Below, in pieces: positions 1-9,330 of a stretch of 64,000 nt of DNA. The DNA is from Rikenellaceae bacterium (GTDB lineage Bacteria > Bacteroidota > Bacteroidia > Bacteroidales > Rikenellaceae). The DNA is taken from NCBI GenBank assembly GCA_047173765.1, contig JBCQUV010000002.1, positions 10,898-74,897 on the forward strand, written 5' to 3'. Below the pieces are notes generated by a model. The model worked only from the letters and a program-made list of their open reading frames with translations. It did no database searches and had not been told where the DNA came from. The position numbers and the translations under genes were made by a program. Position 1 is the stretch's first letter, and each line of letters opens with the position of its first letter.

Positions 1-2
1 CG

Positions 3-581
3 ATGTTGGACATTGTGACTATGACCTACGCAGGTCTTATAAATAAGAATGTGGTTGCCACACTCCAAAGCCATGGCTGCAACGCCATAGGTTTGTCGGG
101 TGCGGATGGTAACTCGATAAAGGCTACCAAGCGACCTGCAAACCCCATAGACTTCGGTTTCGTGGGCGATATAGACTCTGCAAATGTCAATGCGGAGTTC
201 CTGCTTACGCTACTCAATGCAGGGGTGACTCCAGTGTTTAGTGCTATTATGCACAATGGCGAGGGGGTGCTCCTAAACTGCAATGCCGACACTGTGGCAT
301 CGTCAGTAGCACTTGGTATGAGCCGAGTAGCGGCCACCGACTTGGTGTTTTGTTTTGAGAAAAAGGGCGTGCTAACCAACATTGACGACGAAAATAGCGT
401 TATATCTGTTATCACCCCCGAGAACTACGCTGCCTACAAAGCTGATGGTTCGATTCACTCGGGTATGATACCCAAAATTGATGGTGCACTAAAGGCTGTG
501 GCGCAAGGGGTTCAGAGTGTGACAATTAAACATTCGGAGGATTTGTTGAATCCCGAGAGTGGAACAACCATAAAAATTTAA
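3..581 (+). CDS. argB: Acetylglutamate kinase (5' end outside window)
   Basis: Amino-acid kinase motifs GLSGADG, LLNCNADTVA, GMIPKID; upstream of argE/argH. Confidence 0.93.
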   Translation: MLDIVTMTYAGLINKNVVATLQSHGCNAIGLSGADGNSIKATKRPANPIDFGFVGDIDSANVNAEFLLTLLNAGVTPVFSAIMHNGEGVLLNCNADTVASSVALGMSRVAATDLVFCFEKKGVLTNIDDENSVISVITPENYAAYKADGSIHSGMIPKIDGALKAVAQGVQSVTIKHSEDLLNPESGTTIKI

Positions 582-585
582 AGTT

Positions 586-1392
586 ATGAAGAGGTTTATA
601 TCATTTTTCGCATGCGTAGCAGCGATGCTTGGTGTGGTGTCGTGCGACGACGAAATCACCTATGTTGGAGGCGAGGATTTGTACTTTTTGAAATCTATGA
701 CAAACACAGATTACGATATCCACAAGAAGTATATCTATGATTTGGAGATGAATCTTATGCAGATTGTCGAATCCGAAGTTTTGGGTAGCTCCGTGAGTGA
801 GACATTTGATATAAGCTATAATTCAGACTATGTGACTCTTAGTTATGAGTCGGGAGAGTCTACGGTGTTGATGTTTAAGGATGGTTATGTATCTACTCTA
901 TCGAAGTATGACGCAGATAGAGCCAGTGAATACTCCATAAGATATTACTACAACACAAGTGGTTACCTATCAAAATTTGTGAAAAGCGAGGGTAGTACAA
1001 CAACTACTACTACCTGCACATGGTCGAGCGGAAATCTCACAATGATTGAGACCACAATCGCATCGCCCACCGCTACGACATACAATAAGTTGGAGATTGA
1101 GTATAGTTCATCCAAAGCAAAAACTACAAATTTTGATATGAACTTCTACACCATAGCCGAGGAGTTCCAACAATTCCCAACCAAATGGTTCGGAAACTAC
1201 CCCACAAATCTATCGACTAAACGCATATACTACGCTTCGAAAACAGACGAAAATGAAGCGTGGGAGGCTATCACCAATGGTGATGTGGAGAATAGCTACA
1301 CCTTCGATGAGAATGGTTGCGTGAGCAGTTATAGCAGCAGCTCAGCGGCTGGGGATTGGAGTATGTCGTTCACCTATACCGTAGTAGATTAA
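586..1392 (+). CDS. Hypothetical lipoprotein (DUF4595-like, Ser/Thr/Tyr-rich beta protein)
   Basis: Signal peptide with lipobox VVS-C followed by acidic DDE; 268-aa ORF filling the argB-argE gap. Confidence 0.7.
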   Translation: MKRFISFFACVAAMLGVVSCDDEITYVGGEDLYFLKSMTNTDYDIHKKYIYDLEMNLMQIVESEVLGSSVSETFDISYNSDYVTLSYESGESTVLMFKDGYVSTLSKYDADRASEYSIRYYYNTSGYLSKFVKSEGSTTTTTTCTWSSGNLTMIETTIASPTATTYNKLEIEYSSSKAKTTNFDMNFYTIAEEFQQFPTKWFGNYPTNLSTKRIYYASKTDENEAWEAITNGDVENSYTFDENGCVSSYSSSSAAGDWSMSFTYTVVD

Positions 1393-1394
1393 TT

Positions 1395-2453
1395 ATGCCC
1401 GTAGAACTACTCAAAACCCTAATTTCGACCCCCTCCATTTCGCGTGACGAGGCGGCAACTGCGACTATTATAGAGTCGTGGCTCGGGGAGCGTGGAGTTA
1501 CAACCCATCGTTATGGAAACAATGTGTTGGCATACTCCGCAGGGTTCGACCCCTCAAATCGTAAGACTCTGTTGCTCAACTCGCATCACGACACTGTGCG
1601 CCCTGCGGCGAGCTACACTCGTGACCCTTTTGCGCCCACTGTGGAGGGTGACACACTCTATGGTTTGGGTAGTAACGATGCTGGAGCTTCGGTTGTGGGG
1701 TTAATGAATGCATTTGTGCAGTGGTGGGATAAGCCGCTAAATATAAACCTGTTGCTCGCTATTACGTGCGAAGAGGAGGTTATGGGCGAGGGGGGTATTC
1801 GTTCGCTTACGGAGCAGCTCAGGTGTGTAGATTTTGCACTCGTGGGAGAGCCTACGGGGTTGGATGCCGCCATTGGTGAGCGAGGTCTTGTGGTGTTGGA
1901 TTGTGTGGCACGAGGAGTGAGTGGTCACGCAGCACGCAACGAGGGCGAAAATGCTCTGCAAAAGGCTGTGGATGATATCGTTAAGCTCCGCACCTTTGAG
2001 TTCGAAAAACGCTCCGAACTATTGGGCGACATCAAACTTTCGACCACCATGATTGAGGCTGGTACGCAACACAATGTAGTGCCCGACGTGTGCCGATTTG
2101 TGGTCGATATACGCACTACGGATGCCTACACCAATCAACAAGTGGTCGATATTTTGCAGAGCGAAATGCAATCGACAATTACTCCACGCTCAACGAGAAT
2201 AACTGCTTCGGCTCTCGACGAGGAGCACCCAATGCTATTGGCTGCCAAAGAGTTAGGCGCAACACCTTATGTTTCGCCCACAACTTCCGACATGGCACTT
2301 ATGAGCTACCCATCGCTCAAATTGGGCATTGGCGACTCGGCACGCTCGCACACCGCAGATGAATATATATGCCTAAGCGAAGTGGCTGAAGGCATAGAAT
2401 TTTACAAAAAATATATAGAAAAATTATCACAATATTATGAAACTATGGAGTAA
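1395..2453 (+). CDS. argE: M20 metallohydrolase, probable acetylornithine deacetylase (ArgE-like)
   Basis: LLNSHHDTV, GLGSNDAG, EEE, VGEPT and SHTADE motifs; arg operon context; start placed at ATG 1395. Confidence 0.85.
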   Translation: MPVELLKTLISTPSISRDEAATATIIESWLGERGVTTHRYGNNVLAYSAGFDPSNRKTLLLNSHHDTVRPAASYTRDPFAPTVEGDTLYGLGSNDAGASVVGLMNAFVQWWDKPLNINLLLAITCEEEVMGEGGIRSLTEQLRCVDFALVGEPTGLDAAIGERGLVVLDCVARGVSGHAARNEGENALQKAVDDIVKLRTFEFEKRSELLGDIKLSTTMIEAGTQHNVVPDVCRFVVDIRTTDAYTNQQVVDILQSEMQSTITPRSTRITASALDEEHPMLLAAKELGATPYVSPTTSDMALMSYPSLKLGIGDSARSHTADEYICLSEVAEGIEFYKKYIEKLSQYYETME

Positions 2454-3741
2454 GGGTTTTGAGCCCAACGAGATGATTGAGACATACACGGTGGGTAGAG
2501 ACCGCGAATTGGATATGCGCCTTGCGAGGTATGATGTCGAGGGCTCTATTGCCCACATTATGATGTTGGAGAGCATCGGACTTTTGACTGCCGATGAACT
2601 CATTACACTTGCCGCAGAGCTCAAAAATATACATCGTGAGATTTTGGCTGGCGAGTTCCAAATCGAGGAGGGTATCGAGGATATTCACTCACAAGTGGAG
2701 CTACTTCTCACACGCCGCTTGGGCGAAGTGGGCAAGAAGATTCACTCTGGGCGTTCGCGCAACGACCAAGTTTTGGTAGACCTCAAACTATTCTTGCGTG
2801 ACGAAATCAAGGAGATTGCTCGTGAGACATACGCACTTTTTGAGCGTCTGCAACTCCTAAGCGAGGAGCATAAGGAGGTGTTGATGCCAGGTTACACACA
2901 CCTTCAAATCGCTATGCCATCCTCATTTGGATTATGGTTTGGAGCCTATGCCGAGTCGCTCGTAGATGATATGCGAATGTTGGCAGCAGCATACGAGACC
3001 GTAGACCAAAACCCTCTGGGTTCGGCTGCTGGATACGGCTCTTCGTTCCCGCTCAACCGCACCATGACTACTGAGCTTCTGGGCTTTGAGACCATGCACT
3101 TCAATGTCGTGGCAGCACAGATGAGCCGTGGCAAGAGTGAGCGTGCAACTGCCTATGCTGTGGCATCTATAGCCTCTACTATGGCTAAATTTGCGATGGA
3201 TGCCTGCATGTTCAATAGCCAAAATTTCGGATTCATAAGCTTCCCCGACGAATACACCACAGGGTCGAGCATCATGCCTCACAAGAAGAACCCCGATGTA
3301 TTTGAGCTTATGCGTGGTCGTTGCAACCGCTTGCAATCTCTACCAAACGAGATTTCGTTGCTCACCACCAACCTACCCGTGGGTTATCATCGTGATTTGC
3401 AGCTGCTCAAAGATATTATGTTCCCCGCCACGGAGGAGCTACGCCGTTCACTTCAGATGTGCGACTTCATGTTGCAACACATACGTGTGAAGGATTCAAT
3501 CTTGGAGGACTCTAAATATGACTACCTATTCACTGTGGAGGATGTAAACCGCCTAGCTATGGAGGGGGTACCTTTCCGTGAAGCGTACAAGCAGGTGGGA
3601 ATGGAGGTTCAACGTGGCGAATACACACCCACAAAATCTGTGAACCACACCCACGAGGGTAGTATCGGAAACCTATGCACAGAGCAAATTAAGGCTAAGA
3701 TGACGGAGGTGTATGGCCGAATAGTAAAGGTGGCGAAGTAG
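2437..3741 (+). CDS. argH: Argininosuccinate lyase
   Basis: HSGRSRNDQ, MPGYTHLQ, GSSIMPHKKNPD fumarate-lyase signature. Confidence 0.97.
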   Translation: MKLWSKGFEPNEMIETYTVGRDRELDMRLARYDVEGSIAHIMMLESIGLLTADELITLAAELKNIHREILAGEFQIEEGIEDIHSQVELLLTRRLGEVGKKIHSGRSRNDQVLVDLKLFLRDEIKEIARETYALFERLQLLSEEHKEVLMPGYTHLQIAMPSSFGLWFGAYAESLVDDMRMLAAAYETVDQNPLGSAAGYGSSFPLNRTMTTELLGFETMHFNVVAAQMSRGKSERATAYAVASIASTMAKFAMDACMFNSQNFGFISFPDEYTTGSSIMPHKKNPDVFELMRGRCNRLQSLPNEISLLTTNLPVGYHRDLQLLKDIMFPATEELRRSLQMCDFMLQHIRVKDSILEDSKYDYLFTVEDVNRLAMEGVPFREAYKQVGMEVQRGEYTPTKSVNHTHEGSIGNLCTEQIKAKMTEVYGRIVKVAK

Positions 3742-3743
3742 TC

Positions 3744-4544
3744 TCAATAATCACAATTAGTAATCCGTAACATATACTCTCCTGCGAAATATTCGACTAT
3801 CGCATTTATGGAGAACCACCCAGCGGGGATATCATCATCGGCGTAGATCACATTGCGATCTACGCCGAGTTTTATTGTGTGGCCATCCATATCTTGGAGT
3901 GTGTGGTAGGTGTACTCTGTGAGTGATGTTTCATCATTGCGAGTGCAGAATGTGGCGATGAGGGATTGACACCGAATATTACTTAGCCGAACATACCTGA
4001 GCGTGTGATTTGCTGCTATGGAGGATATGGTCACAATGGTAGGTTCGGGGATTATGATTGGTGTGTCGCAAAGTTGTAGGTGTAGGGGCATATCATCTTC
4101 GGATATTAGACCCGTGGCATTATCCTCATCGGGCGTAGAGCCTAGAGACAACATGCCACCCGTTGCGCCCAACCACAGATTGCTGCACAAAACACGCACT
4201 GTAGCACCAAATATAAAACCCGAAGTGGAACAATCGAAATCGCACATGATTTCAATTGCTCCACTGCTATCTTCTATAATGATGCTCGTGGGGAACTCCC
4301 CATAGGCATCATTTGCTGTTATTACCCCTTCGATTGCGAGGTCTTGGGTTATGAGCTGGGAGTTGCCACTGTATAGCCCTTTGAGGTACTCTATCGAAAC
4401 ATTAGTGACGATAGGTTGTAGTTCATTCTCCCACGACGAATCCTCCTCAGCAGAAGAGGACTCCTCATTTGGTGGAGTGCAGCCCCACGCCATAATTACC
4501 GCAAGCAATCCGACGCTAAATAGATTTTTACATTTATTTAGCAT
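3744..4544 (-). CDS. Lipoprotein with OB-fold-like DUF5689-type domain
   Basis: Lipobox AWG-C plus acidic linker; IEGVITAND..G.F..SIIIEDSSGAI pattern typical of this family. Confidence 0.65.
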   Translation of the reverse strand: MLNKCKNLFSVGLLAVIMAWGCTPPNEESSSAEEDSSWENELQPIVTNVSIEYLKGLYSGNSQLITQDLAIEGVITANDAYGEFPTSIIIEDSSGAIEIMCDFDCSTSGFIFGATVRVLCSNLWLGATGGMLSLGSTPDEDNATGLISEDDMPLHLQLCDTPIIIPEPTIVTISSIAANHTLRYVRLSNIRCQSLIATFCTRNDETSLTEYTYHTLQDMDGHTIKLGVDRNVIYADDDIPAGWFSINAIVEYFAGEYMLRITNCDY

Positions 4545-4557
4545 AACGACGAGACTC

Positions 4558-4724
4558 TAAGTAGGGTAAAATAATTATTGGTGTGTTTTTAAGAGTGCTA
4601 TTGGAGATGAGATTTTTTGCTATTGAATTGAAAATATAGTGGTTCTATACTGAAATTTAATAGTGAAAAATATCGCTCCAAGAGTGCTTTTAAAAATATG
4701 ACAATAATTGTTTTACACTACTTA
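4558..4724 (+). mobile_element. 167-bp MITE, family A, copy 1 (TA-flanked, TIR TAAGTAGKGTAAAAYAATTATTG)
   Basis: Four equal-length copies in the window with unrelated flanks; 23-bp imperfect TIRs; identical to copy at 38982. Confidence 0.9.
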
Positions 4725-4727
4725 TTC

Positions 4728-5108
4728 TTACTTGCGTTTCTCCTTAGCCTCTATACACTCCGTAGCGTGAGGCACACGCAATAGTCGTTGTTTGGGGATT
4801 AGGTTGCCTGTGGTTTTGCAAATACCATAGGTTTTATTCTCAATGCGAATAAGAGCCAACTCCAAGTTGCGGATGAATTTAAGTTGGTGAGCTGCCAAAC
4901 GTGCGCTCTCCTCCTTAGATAGGGTTGTAGCACCCTCCTCCAAAATCTTGTATGTTGGCGAGGTATCCTCTGTACCGTTATCTGCCGTATGTGTAATTGT
5001 GGCACGCAAGAGCTCATAATCTTCACGTGCATTCTCCAGTTTTTTCAAAATGAGTTCCTTGAACTCCGCTAAATCGGCATCGCCGTATCTTAACATATCC
5101 TCTGCCAT
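4728..5108 (-). CDS. TraR/DksA family transcriptional regulator
   Basis: Coiled coil followed by ALIRIENKTYGIC..TG.LIPKQRL.RVPHAT. Confidence 0.9.
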   Translation of the reverse strand: MAEDMLRYGDADLAEFKELILKKLENAREDYELLRATITHTADNGTEDTSPTYKILEEGATTLSKEESARLAAHQLKFIRNLELALIRIENKTYGICKTTGNLIPKQRLLRVPHATECIEAKEKRK

Positions 5109-5218
5109 AATCTTACTTTTTTAGATGTTTATGTAAATATAAATATATATTTGGAGAAAACAAAATATATATACAAAATTTGTGCAGAGATTAATATCGG
5201 AGGGTAGACAGTACACAC

Positions 5219-5248
5219 AAAAAAACCTCACTCAAAATGAGTGAGGTT
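5219..5248 (-). terminator. Intrinsic terminator after the tRNA
   Basis: AACCTCACTCA-aaa-TGAGTGAGGTT hairpin with T-run on the minus strand. Confidence 0.75.
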
Positions 5249-5256
5249 GCAATAGG

Positions 5257-5330
<74 letters not shown>

Positions 5331-5485
5331 TACGCTACCGACGAGTAGACTAATCTACCCGAAGAGTGGTGCAAATATAGTGAAAATATTATCGCTATCC
5401 AAATTTTAGAGTGCAGATTTGAAAAAAAACATATACCCCCTCTCTTTTTATCGGACCACACATAGCGTGTGGGTGGGGTATACAC

Positions 5486-5516
5486 AAAAAGTAGGTCTCC
5501 TTTTGGGAGACCTACT
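5486..5516 (-). terminator. Intrinsic terminator of pckA
   Basis: AGTAGGTCTCC/GGAGACCTACT hairpin followed by T5 on the minus strand. Confidence 0.75.
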
Positions 5517-5538
5517 CAATATATATGTTGTGCAAATA

Positions 5539-7143
5539 TTACAACTGTGGACCAGCTGCAACAAGAGCCAAACCTGCCTCGTTGCCAGTGAACTTAACGA
5601 AGTTCTTCACGAAACGACCTGCCAAATCTTGAGCCTTAACATCCCACTCAGCAACTGTTGCATAAGTGTCACGTGGGTCAAGGATTGCAGAATCAACTCC
5701 TGGAAGAGCTGTTGGGATTGCAAGGTCGAACAAAGGAAGTTGCTTAGTAGGAGCAGCGTCGATAGAACCGTCAAGGATTGCGTCGATGATACCACGTGTG
5801 TCCTTGATAGAGATACGCTTACCTGTACCGTTCCAACCTGTGTTTACAAGGTATGCAGTAGCACCTGATTGCTCCATGCGCTTAACAAGCTCTTGACCGT
5901 ACTTTGTAGGGTGAAGAGTTAGGAACGCTGCACCGAAACAAGCAGAGAATGTTGGAGTAGGCTCAGTGATACCACGCTCTGTACCAGCCAACTTAGCAGT
6001 AAATCCAGAAAGGAAGTAGTACTGAGTTTGCTCTGGAGTAAGAACAGAAACTGGAGGCAATACACCAAATGCGTCTGCAGTAAGGAAGATTACCTTCTTA
6101 GCAGCTGGAGCCTTTGATGGTGGTGGCACGATGTTGTCGATGTGGTGGATTGGGTACGATACACGAGTGTTCTCAGTAGTCGAACCATCAGCGAAGTCGA
6201 TCTTACCGTCAGCATCAACAGTAACGTTCTCCAAAAGTGCATCACGACGGATAGCCTTCCAGATATCTGGCTCATGCTCCTCAGAAAGGTTGATAACCTT
6301 AGCGTAGCATCCACCCTCGAAGTTGAATACACCGTCATCATCCCATCCGTGCTCGTCGTCACCGATAAGCTGACGCTTAGGATCTGTAGACAAAGTTGTC
6401 TTACCTGTACCTGACAAACCGAAGAAGATAGCAGTCTCGCCAGCCTCGTTAGTGTTTGCAGAGCAGTGCATAGCAGCGATTCCCTTCAATGGAAGTAGGT
6501 AGTTCATGTATGCGAACATTCCCTTCTTCATCTCACCACCATACCATGAGTTAAGGATGATTTGCATCTTCTCTGTAAGGTTGAATACAACCGCAGTCTC
6601 AGAGTTCAAACCGTAATCCTTGTAGTTCTCAACCTTAGCCTTTGAAGCGTTTACTACTACGAAATCTGGCTCTCCGTAGTTAGCAAGCTCCTCTGCTGAT
6701 GGGCGGATGAACATGTTTGTTACGAAGTGAGCTTGCCATGCAACCTCCATGATGAAACGGATCTTCAAGCGAGTGTTCTCGTTAGCACCAGAGAATGTAT
6801 CAACTACGAACAATCTCTTGCCTGAAAGCTCATCAACAGCGATCTTCTTAAGGTCAGCCCAAGCAGCCTCAGTAACAGGCTTGTTGTCGTTCTTGTACTC
6901 ATCTGAAGTCCACCAAAGTGTGTCTTTAGTAGTCTCATCCATTACAAGGAACTTATCCTTAGGTGAGCGACCAGTGTAGATACCAGTCATTACGTTTACT
7001 GCGCCCATCTCGGTCACTTGACCCTTCTCAAAACCCTCTAGTGCAGGGTTAGTCTCCTCCTCGAAAAGAAGGTCGTAAGATGGATTGTGGACAATCTCGG
7101 TAGCACCGACGATGCCATACTTGCTCAAATCAATTGTAGCCAT
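5539..7143 (-). CDS. pckA: Phosphoenolpyruvate carboxykinase (ATP)
   Basis: [36 protein letters not shown] motifs. Confidence 0.98.
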   Translation of the reverse strand: MATIDLSKYGIVGATEIVHNPSYDLLFEEETNPALEGFEKGQVTEMGAVNVMTGIYTGRSPKDKFLVMDETTKDTLWWTSDEYKNDNKPVTEAAWADLKKIAVDELSGKRLFVVDTFSGANENTRLKIRFIMEVAWQAHFVTNMFIRPSAEELANYGEPDFVVVNASKAKVENYKDYGLNSETAVVFNLTEKMQIILNSWYGGEMKKGMFAYMNYLLPLKGIAAMHCSANTNEAGETAIFFGLSGTGKTTLSTDPKRQLIGDDEHGWDDDGVFNFEGGCYAKVINLSEEHEPDIWKAIRRDALLENVTVDADGKIDFADGSTTENTRVSYPIHHIDNIVPPPSKAPAAKKVIFLTADAFGVLPPVSVLTPEQTQYYFLSGFTAKLAGTERGITEPTPTFSACFGAAFLTLHPTKYGQELVKRMEQSGATAYLVNTGWNGTGKRISIKDTRGIIDAILDGSIDAAPTKQLPLFDLAIPTALPGVDSAILDPRDTYATVAEWDVKAQDLAGRFVKNFVKFTGNEAGLALVAAGPQL

Positions 7144-7349
7144 AATTTTAAAATATTTTTGTTAATAAATCTTCTTCTTTTGCGTGTAACTAACTATGCT
7201 AAGCTAGTTTCACGTTGCAAATATACGAAAATAATTTTAATGTGAAAAAAATAACAATGCTTTTTTTGAAAAATATTTTAACAATTTTTTCAAAACTCTT
7301 CACAATGTAATAACGTAAAAAATATACCTATTAATATATAGGCAAAAAT

Positions 7350-8654
7350 TTACTCCTTCATTAGGTATGCCTTGAACTCCTCGAAGCTCTTGCCCATCTC
7401 CACACTCTGCTTTGTGCCCTCCATAAATGCCTTAAGCGGAGCAGGTATCTCGACCTTCTCACCAGTGATTCCCTCGACTGTTTCGAGGAACTTCGCAGGG
7501 TGTGCAGTCTCCAAGAACACACCTACTTCGCCCTCTAAGAGCTGCTCCTTGAGTGCACGATATCCGCAAGCTCCGTGTGGGTCGAGCAGGTATCCTGTGC
7601 GTGGCAATGCCTCTGCTACGGTCTCTGCAATTTGAGAGTCTGTATATGCACATCCCGATACTTCGGCGCAAATAGCCTCGTGTGAGCTGCCATACAACTC
7701 CAACACACGTGCAAAGTTGCTTGGGTCGCCAACATCCATAGCGTTCGCAATAGTAGCGACCGATGGGCGTGGAGTGTAGACCCCTGTGTTGAGGTACTGC
7801 AAGAATATATCGTTCGAGTTGTTTGCCGCAATAAATCTCTTCACTGGCAATCCCATCTTCTTTGCTATGAGCCCTGCGGTGATGTTACCGAAGTTTCCAC
7901 TCGGAACACAGAATACTACATCCTCAGCCTTACCCTCTCTCTTCAACTGCGCATAGGCGTTGAAGTAGTAGAACGCTTGGGGCAAAAATCTCGCCACATT
8001 GATTGAGTTCGCCGAGGTGAGCTTCATGTGAGCGTTCAACTCCTCATCCATAAACGCTTGTTTCACCAATGCTTGGCAGTCGTCGAAAACGCCCTCAATC
8101 TCCAAAGCTGTGATGTTTTGACCCAAAGTTGTGAACTGCACCTCTTGGATTGCACTCACCTTGCCCTTAGGGTACAACACATATACGTGGATGCCATCAA
8201 CGCCCAAGAATCCATTTGCCACAGCACTTCCAGTGTCTCCCGAAGTAGCGACCAAGACATTGACCATTTTATCCTTTTTCTCCTTCGCAATGAAGTAACC
8301 CAACAATCGAGCCATGAAACGTCCGCCCACATCCTTAAATGCCAACGTGGGGCCGTGGAACAACTCCAACGAATATATCGAAGGTTCAACCTCCACAACA
8401 GGAGTCTCAAATGCCAAAGTATCGTAGACGATAGCATTCAGACTCTCCGCATCTACATCCTCTCCAAAGAAGGCATCTGCCACAGTGTAGGCGATTTCTT
8501 GGAACGACATCTTGTCGATATTCTCATAAAACTCTGCTGGCAGGGTCTTGATTGTCTCAGGCATATATAATCCCTTATCTGGAGCCAATCCCTTGACTAC
8601 CGCCTCCTCTAATGTAGCCCAATCGGCTTGCTTATTCGTGCTGTAATAGCGCAT
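7350..8654 (-). CDS. thrC: Threonine synthase
   Basis: LELFHGPTLAFKD PLP lysine, ATSGDTG, VPSGNFGN, TAHPAKF. Confidence 0.97.
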   Translation of the reverse strand: MRYYSTNKQADWATLEEAVVKGLAPDKGLYMPETIKTLPAEFYENIDKMSFQEIAYTVADAFFGEDVDAESLNAIVYDTLAFETPVVEVEPSIYSLELFHGPTLAFKDVGGRFMARLLGYFIAKEKKDKMVNVLVATSGDTGSAVANGFLGVDGIHVYVLYPKGKVSAIQEVQFTTLGQNITALEIEGVFDDCQALVKQAFMDEELNAHMKLTSANSINVARFLPQAFYYFNAYAQLKREGKAEDVVFCVPSGNFGNITAGLIAKKMGLPVKRFIAANNSNDIFLQYLNTGVYTPRPSVATIANAMDVGDPSNFARVLELYGSSHEAICAEVSGCAYTDSQIAETVAEALPRTGYLLDPHGACGYRALKEQLLEGEVGVFLETAHPAKFLETVEGITGEKVEIPAPLKAFMEGTKQSVEMGKSFEEFKAYLMKE

Positions 8655-8699
8655 AATTTTTATCTATTTTATTGTTTCTAATTTTTATTGTCTGGTATA

Positions 8700-8897
8700 T
8701 GTCTGGACTGCCTTTACGCCAGGCGGGCGGTGCGAGCCGCACGGGCAGTCTTGTGTTGCGGAGTGGGTACGCAATAGCTTTGCAATTGCATAAAATATAA
8801 TAGTTACATCTGCCTCGAAAGTGAACTTTCGATTCACATCTAACTATTATATTTTAGTCAAAAACCTAAAGGTTTTTGACCCCACCCGAAGTTACAC
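8700..8897 (-). repeat. ~195-bp multi-branched structured repeat, family C, copy I
   Basis: Reverse complement matches 9101-9300 in the closing stem, first short hairpin and 3' module; the long arm differs in sequence but is still palindromic. Confidence 0.85.
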
Positions 8898-8973
8898 GAT
8901 ACGTTACCCTCGTGTGTAAATTCAATCAACGTATTTTATCTTTTTTTTAATCATATTTTACCACACCCCAAAA

Positions 8974-9068
8974 GAGGGTGACTAAAAAGTATTACAACCC
9001 ACCTCTGTCATCCTGAACTTGATTCAGGATGACAATATAGGTAATAAAGTGACTTGTTAGTCATTCTC
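8974..9068. repeat. REP-like palindrome (core TGTCATCCTGAA-cttga-TTCAGGATGACA, 9006-9034) inside a larger hairpin
   Basis: Perfect 12-bp inverted repeat; outer arms GAGGGTGACTAA/TTAGTCATTCTC; AGGATGACAATAT recurs near 61766. Confidence 0.6.
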
Positions 9069-9100
9069 ATATTATATCTCCTTTTGACGTGAATGGTTAC

Positions 9101-9300
9101 GTGTAACCTCGGGTGGGGTCAAAAACCTTTAGGTTTTTGACTGACATATAATTATAATATATGAGCTTGAAAGTTCACTTTCAAAGGGCATATATTATAA
9201 TTATATGTCAAGCGATAGCGTCAGCTATTGCGTACCCACTCCGCAATACAAAACTGCCCGTGCGGCTTCGCACCGCCCGCCTGGCGTAAAGGCAGTCCCA
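9101..9300 (+). repeat. ~195-bp multi-branched structured repeat, family C, copy II
   Basis: Four-way junction plus conserved AAAACTGCCCGTGCGGCTTCGCACCGCCCGCCTGGCGTAAAGGCAGTCC. Confidence 0.85.
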
Positions 9301-9330
9301 TGTTGTAGTCCTATGTTGCAATCCTATGTA

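Noticed and set aside
4728-5108. DksA-like protein with only two cysteines and no DxxDxA tip
   Set aside because: Appears to be the usual Bacteroidota form of this family rather than a novelty
8700-9300. Single ~600-bp MITE or IS remnant with 200-bp TIRs
   Set aside because: Each arm occurs alone elsewhere (25539, 61829), the long hairpins differ between arms, and there is no transposase remnant or target duplication
9101-9300. Family C as integron attC sites, HDV-like or hammerhead ribozymes, or tRNA-derived sequences
   Set aside because: No RYYYAAC...GTTRRRY bounds or cassette array, no CUGANGA/GAAA core or HDV pseudoknot that I could build, no D/T loops; a covariance search is still needed
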